From Haloferax volcanii DS2 (lineage in GTDB: Archaea > Halobacteriota > Halobacteria > Halobacteriales > Haloferacaceae), in contig NC_013967.1 of NCBI RefSeq assembly GCF_000025685.1, positions 1,740,001 through 1,772,000 on the forward strand: a stretch of DNA of 32,000 nucleotides, read 5' to 3'. Position 1 is the stretch's first letter. Each line of letters starts with the position of its first letter. The notes below the pieces were generated by a model. The model was not told where the DNA came from. It saw nothing but the letters and a program-made list of their open reading frames with translations, and made no database searches. Position numbers and translations under genes: made by a program. This document shows positions 27,360-32,000 of this stretch, one piece after another.

Positions 27360-28268
27360 TCACTCGTCGTCGCCGATGTAGTCGAGGTAGCCGAGCACGC
27401 CGCGGGTGTTCAGGCGCTCTTCGTCGCGGGCCTTCCGCTCGCCCCACTCCTCGTCCATCTGGGTGTGTTCGACGAAGTGGTCGATGACGGCCTCGTCGAC
27501 GCCGAGCTCCGCGCGCTTCTGTCGGATGGCCTCGACCCACTCCACGAGGACGCGCTTGTACTTCTCGGCGAGGTCGGTGTCGTAGGGCTTCGGGCCGAAG
27601 TGGCCGAAACAGACCGTCTCGGGGTCGATGTCCTCGATGGTCCGCACGTCGTCGAGCGCCTTCTGGAGGTGGAACTGCGAGGGCGGCGAGGTCTGGCGGA
27701 GCGTCCGCGACCGCGGCTCCCAGATGCCGAGCGCGTCGCCGACGAACAGCACGTCGTCGCCGTCGTCGTGGAACATCACCTGATGCGGCGCGTGGCCGGG
27801 CGCGTGGTGGACCGTGAGCGTCCGGTCGCCGAGGTCGATTTCGTCGCCGTCGGTGAGGCCCTCGACGCGGTCTTCCTCGATGGGGAGCGGTTCGTCGTAG
27901 AAGCGCCACTGGTCTTCGACGGCCGCCTTCGTGCCCTCGATGAGCCGCGAGGGGTCAACGAGGTGCGGCGCACCGAGTTCGTGGGTCATGACGGTCGCGT
28001 CGGGGTAGCGCTCGGCGAGGTAGCCCGCGCCGCCCGCATGGTCGAGGTGGACGTGCGTCGGCAGGATGTACGCGAGGTCGTCGACGCCGACCTCGTCGAG
28101 CATTCCGAAGACCGCCTCCCTGTCGGCGGCGATGCCGGTGTCGACGAGCGCCGGCCTCTCGGCGTCGACGAGGTAGACCGTGCCGTACTTCTCCACCTCG
28201 TACATCCCGCTGTCGACGTAGTAGAGGTCCGTGCTGTCCGGGACGGGTTCGACGTCGCCAATAGCCAT
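27360..28268 (-). CDS. MBL-fold metallo-hydrolase
   Basis: 302 aa from the internal ATG at 28268 (MAIGDVEPVPD...). HxHxDH motif THVHLDHAGG, later HAPGH and FGH. The upstream 100 codons of the ORF are Arg-rich and not protein-like. Confidence 0.85.
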   Translation of the reverse strand: MAIGDVEPVPDSTDLYYVDSGMYEVEKYGTVYLVDAERPALVDTGIAADREAVFGMLDEVGVDDLAYILPTHVHLDHAGGAGYLAERYPDATVMTHELGAPHLVDPSRLIEGTKAAVEDQWRFYDEPLPIEEDRVEGLTDGDEIDLGDRTLTVHHAPGHAPHQVMFHDDGDDVLFVGDALGIWEPRSRTLRQTSPPSQFHLQKALDDVRTIEDIDPETVCFGHFGPKPYDTDLAEKYKRVLVEWVEAIRQKRAELGVDEAVIDHFVEHTQMDEEWGERKARDEERLNTRGVLGYLDYIGDDE

Positions 28269-28352
28269 AGTTGACGGCCGTCTCCGGGGAAGAAAAGCGT
28301 TCGGTCGCCCCGACCCCCCACGTTGATTACGGGCGACCGCAAAGCCGTCTCC

Positions 28353-28697
28353 ATGTCCGAACAGGGCAGCGACCCGCTCCCGGACGTCGACATCACGGAC
28401 ATCTCCCCGATGGCGTGGCGACTGCTCAGAGTCGCCGCCGGCTACAACCAGCGGGCCGTCGAGCGCGCCGTCGACGACCTCATGCAGGCGCACGTCTCCA
28501 TGCTCGAATCCGGGAGCCGCGGCCTCTCGCGGTCGCGCCGCGGAACTCGACGACGGACAGGTCCGCACGCTCGTCGAACACTTTTAAATCGCGTCGGGGC
28601 GCGACGCGAAACCCCCGCTTCAGTCTGCCGATTTCGACGCGTCGACGGCTATCGACGCCGATATACCGCCGTTCGCTACCGTATTGAAAATAATTAA
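28353..28697 (+). CDS. Small XRE-like helix-turn-helix protein; C-terminus probably frameshifted (native end likely 28587)
   Basis: MSEQGSDPLPDVDITDISPMAWRLLRVAAGYNQRAVERAVDDLMQAHVSMLESGSRGLS is HTH-like. After about 28535 the literal frame becomes an extremely basic tail running into the next promoter. The +1 frame reads ...AAELDDGQVRTLVEHF* (stop at 28585-28587). Confidence 0.5.
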   Translation: MSEQGSDPLPDVDITDISPMAWRLLRVAAGYNQRAVERAVDDLMQAHVSMLESGSRGLSRSRRGTRRRTGPHARRTLLNRVGARRETPASVCRFRRVDGYRRRYTAVRYRIENN

Positions 28698-28728
28698 GTA
28701 AGACTATCGTTAGAGATACCGTGTATCA

Positions 28729-30297
28729 ATGATACGCGGTGTTACAAAGACTGCTCGCGGACGATTTTCCGTCTTCACGCTCGCCCTCGTCGCGTCCCTC
28801 GCGCTGGCCTTCGGGCCGTCGCTTGAGGGACTCTCGACGCGGGGACAGTACGCATTAGCGACGATGGTGTTCGCCGGCATCCTCTGGGTGTCCGGCGCGC
28901 TCCCTCTCGCGGTGACGGCGCTGTCGATACCGGTGTTGCTCACGGCCTACGGCGTCTACGGCGATATCGACCCGGCGCTGGCGGGCTTCGCTGACCACCT
29001 CATCTTCCTCTTCATCGCCGGCTTCATGCTGGCGAACGCGCTCCAGAAGTACAACATCGACCGCCGCATCGCGCTGTGGCTCATGGCTGTCATGGGGTCG
29101 TCGCCGCGGCGGCTCATCCTCGCTATCATGCTCGCCACGGCGTTCCTGTCGATGTGGGTTTCGAACACCGCGACGACGGCGATGATGACGCCCATCGCGC
29201 TCGGCGTCCTCGCGCAGGTGCTCGGCCGCGAGGAGGTCTACGAGGCCGACGCCGCCGAGGGCTCCTTCTCGAACATGCAGATAGCGACGCTCCTCGGCAC
29301 CGCCTACGCCGCGAGCGTCGGCGGGGTCGGAACCCTCATCGGCACGCCGCCGAACGCGGTCGTCGCCACCCAGCTCAACGCGCTCCTCGGCTACGACATC
29401 GGCTTCGCGGAGTGGCTCCTCGTCGGCCTCCCAATCGTCGCCATCACCCTCCCCATCGTCTGGTATCTCCTCACGTTCCGGTTCTACCCGCCCGAGGTCG
29501 ACGACGTTGAGGGTGCCCGCGAACAGGCCCGCGAGTACCTCGCCGACGAGGGCGCGCTCTCGACCCGCGGCCGCCGGGTCGCGTACATCTTCGCCGTCAC
29601 CGCCGGGTTGTGGGTGCTCGGCGGCCTCGACCTCGCGTTCGAGGGCGTCCTCTCGGACCAGGTGTTCAACACCCTGTTCGGCACCGCCGAGGGGACGACC
29701 CTCCTCGGCGTCGAGGGCCATCAGGGCCTCCTGTACTACGTGATGGTCGGGATGGTCTCCATCCCGGCGCTCGTCCTCGCGGACACGATGGAGTGGGACG
29801 AACTGGTCGACATCGACTGGGGGACGATTCTCCTCTTCGGCGGCGGCATCTCGCTGGCCGACGCGTTCGCCTCCACGGGCGCGACGCGGTGGCTCGCCGA
29901 GGCCGTCTTCGGCTCCTTGACCGGCGCGCCCATCGTCCTCGTCGTCGGCGCTATCGTGCTTCTCGTCATCTTCCTCACGGAGATGACCTCGAACACCGCC
30001 ACGGCGACCATCATCGTCCCCGTGCTCATCGGTATCGGGAGCGTCTTCGCGGCGACGCTCGGGCTCACCGAGGTCTCCGCGGCGGTGTTCCTCGCGGTCA
30101 GCGGGGCCATCGCGGCCTCGTTCGCGTTCGCGCTGCCGGTGGCGACGCCCCCGAACGCCATCGTCTTCGGGAGCGGCCACATCAAGCAGTCCCACATGAT
30201 GCGGGCCGGGGCCGTCCTCAACGTCGTGATGACCGGCGTGCTGACCATCCTCATCTGGTTCCTCTTCCAGTTCGTCTGGCCGGCGTTCCTCTGGTAG
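28729..30297 (+). CDS. DASS-family (SLC13-like) Na+-coupled anion/dicarboxylate symporter
   Basis: 522-aa polytopic membrane protein with the duplicated hairpin-tip motifs WVSNTATTAMMTPI and EMTSNTATATIIVPV, plus ATPPNAIVF. Confidence 0.85.
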   Translation: MIRGVTKTARGRFSVFTLALVASLALAFGPSLEGLSTRGQYALATMVFAGILWVSGALPLAVTALSIPVLLTAYGVYGDIDPALAGFADHLIFLFIAGFMLANALQKYNIDRRIALWLMAVMGSSPRRLILAIMLATAFLSMWVSNTATTAMMTPIALGVLAQVLGREEVYEADAAEGSFSNMQIATLLGTAYAASVGGVGTLIGTPPNAVVATQLNALLGYDIGFAEWLLVGLPIVAITLPIVWYLLTFRFYPPEVDDVEGAREQAREYLADEGALSTRGRRVAYIFAVTAGLWVLGGLDLAFEGVLSDQVFNTLFGTAEGTTLLGVEGHQGLLYYVMVGMVSIPALVLADTMEWDELVDIDWGTILLFGGGISLADAFASTGATRWLAEAVFGSLTGAPIVLVVGAIVLLVIFLTEMTSNTATATIIVPVLIGIGSVFAATLGLTEVSAAVFLAVSGAIAASFAFALPVATPPNAIVFGSGHIKQSHMMRAGAVLNVVMTGVLTILIWFLFQFVWPAFLW

Positions 30298-30474
30298 TCG
30301 CTTCGTCGGCTTCCGACCGCGGCGGCCGCTCTCACCGCGGTGTCGGGGTGTTCCGCCGACGCCGTTTCGTCGCGCGCATTCGGCGCGGATTCCTCGCGTT
30401 CGCCCGCCGCGTGCTCGCCCCCGTTCCTCAGCGATGCGATACGATTTTCCCGCCCGCCCGGAAATCACAGCCCA

Positions 30475-31857
30475 ATGATTGACAGGCAACTACTCCGCGA
30501 CGAACCGGAGCGAGTTCGCGACGCGCTCGCCGCCCGAAACATGGAGGACGTGGACATCGACCGCGTCCTCGACGTGTACGACGAGTGGCGCTCGCTGAAG
30601 GCCGAGGGCGACGACCTCCGCCACGAGCGCAACGAGGTCAGCCAGCAGATCGGCCAGCTGAAACAGGAGGGCAAAGACGAGGAGGCGCAGGAAGCCATCG
30701 ACCGCTCGGGCGAACTCAAAGAGGAGCTCCAGGAGCTCGAAACCCGCGCCGACGAGCTCGAAGCGGAACTCGACGAGGCGCTCATGGAGCTGCCGAACCT
30801 CCCCCACGAGTCGGTCCCCGTCGGAGCCGACGAGGACGACAACGAGGAGGTCCGCCGCGTCGGCTTCGACGACCTGCGCGAGCTCCCCGACGAGGTGACG
30901 CCGCACTACGACCTCGGCGAGGAACTCGACATCATCGACGAGGGTCGCGCGGCCAAGACCACCGGCTCGGGCTTCTACTTCCTGAAAGGCGAGGGCGCGA
31001 TGCTCGAACACGCGCTCGTGCAGTTCATGCTCGACGTGCACCGCGAACAGGAGTACGTCGACCTGTTCCCGCCGATTCCGGTCAAGACCACCTCGATGGA
31101 GGGCACCGGCCAGCTCCCGAAGTTCGCGGAGGACGCCTACCGCATCGGCGGCGCGGAGACAGAGAACTACGACGACGACGACCTGTGGCTCTGTCCCACC
31201 GCGGAGGTGCCGGTGACGAACATGTACCGCGACGAGATTCTCCTGAAGGACGACCTCCCGCTGAAACATCAGGCGTACACGCCGAACTTCCGGCGCGAGG
31301 CGGGCGAACACGGCACCGAGACTCGCGGCATCGTCCGCGTCCACCAGTTCAACAAGGTCGAACTCGTCAACTTCGTCGAACCCGACGAGTCGTACGACCG
31401 GCTCGAAGCGCTCGTCGACGAGGCCGCCGAAGTGCTCGACCGACTCGGCCTGCCGTACCGCGTCCTCTCGCTTTGCACCGGCGACCTCACCTTCGCGTCG
31501 GCGAAGACCTACGACCTCGAAGTGTGGGCCCCCGGCACGGAGTCCGAGGACGCCCCCGAACAGGGCGGCCGCTGGCTGGAAGTGTCGTCGGCCTCGAACT
31601 TCGAGGACTTCCAGGCGCGCCGCGCGGGCCTCCGCTACCGCCCCGAGCGCCACGAGTCGGCGGAGTACCTCCACACGCTCAACGCCTCGGGCACGGCCGT
31701 CGGCCGCGTGATGGTCGCGCTGCTCGAATACTACCAAAACGAGGACGGCACGGTCGACGTGCCCGAACCCCTCCAGCCCTACATGGGCGGCCGCGAGGTC
31801 ATCGAGGGTCACGAGCCCGTCGGCGAGGCCGCGGTCGGCGCTGGCAAGAAAGACTGA
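30475..31857 (+). CDS. serS: Seryl-tRNA synthetase
   Basis: 460 aa from MIDRQLLRDEPERV. N-terminal coiled-coil arm and class II motifs (FRREAG, RVHQFNKVE, LNASGTAVGRVMVALLE). The upstream 45 codons of the ORF are not protein-like. Confidence 0.93.
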   Translation: MIDRQLLRDEPERVRDALAARNMEDVDIDRVLDVYDEWRSLKAEGDDLRHERNEVSQQIGQLKQEGKDEEAQEAIDRSGELKEELQELETRADELEAELDEALMELPNLPHESVPVGADEDDNEEVRRVGFDDLRELPDEVTPHYDLGEELDIIDEGRAAKTTGSGFYFLKGEGAMLEHALVQFMLDVHREQEYVDLFPPIPVKTTSMEGTGQLPKFAEDAYRIGGAETENYDDDDLWLCPTAEVPVTNMYRDEILLKDDLPLKHQAYTPNFRREAGEHGTETRGIVRVHQFNKVELVNFVEPDESYDRLEALVDEAAEVLDRLGLPYRVLSLCTGDLTFASAKTYDLEVWAPGTESEDAPEQGGRWLEVSSASNFEDFQARRAGLRYRPERHESAEYLHTLNASGTAVGRVMVALLEYYQNEDGTVDVPEPLQPYMGGREVIEGHEPVGEAAVGAGKKD

Positions 31858-31906
31858 GCGTCTGACGCGCCGCGACCCCAGTACTCCGATTTCCAGCGAC
31901 GCCCCG

Positions 31907-32000
31907 TCAGTTCGCCGTCGAGGATTTGACGAACGTCTTCAGCTCCGAGAGCTTCCCGTCGCGCGCTCGAAACCGGTCGAGAAAGACGAACAGCTCGTCG
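31907..32000 (-). CDS. 3' end of an unidentified gene (partial; continues beyond the window)
   Basis: Open frame reading ...DELFVFLDRFRARDGKLSELKTFVKSSTAN* with the stop at 31907-31909. Only 30 codons are visible. Confidence 0.3.
   Translation of the reverse strand, partial: DELFVFLDRFRARDGKLSELKTFVKSSTAN

Overview
High-GC haloarchaeal chromosomal segment, Haloferax-like: acidic proteins, Tat-lipoprotein signals, TATA boxes about 27 nt upstream of start codons (leaderless style), many ATGA/GTGA gene overlaps, and a Kae1-Bud32 fusion. Left to right it holds a TupABC-type tungstate/molybdate ABC importer; small conserved genes (PIN-like, ACT, RdgB/HAM1); an archaeal information-processing block (Kae1-Bud32, S24e, DUF359 dephospho-CoA kinase, Spt4, RpoE', PIN, aIF2-gamma); a Tat lipoprotein; a Met-free PD-(D/E)XK-like protein with a Cys4 tail; an MBL hydrolase; a 6-TM His-bearing membrane protein; an AAA+ ATPase; an assimilatory nitrate cluster (nasA, mobA-like nasC, nasD/nirA) flanked by two AT-rich islands; thiolase; a CPA1 antiporter with RCK domains; an acyl-CoA ligase; a second MBL hydrolase; a small HTH gene; a DASS symporter; and serS. 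I saw no rRNA, tRNA, CRISPR array or IS element. The main observations are three apparent single-nucleotide frameshifts (nasC, nasD, the HTH gene), the uncharacterised nuclease-like/Cys4 protein, and several translationally coupled ORFs under 60 aa that the ORF track misses. I found no clear novel multi-gene system. All function calls come from motif recognition by eye and have not been checked by database search.
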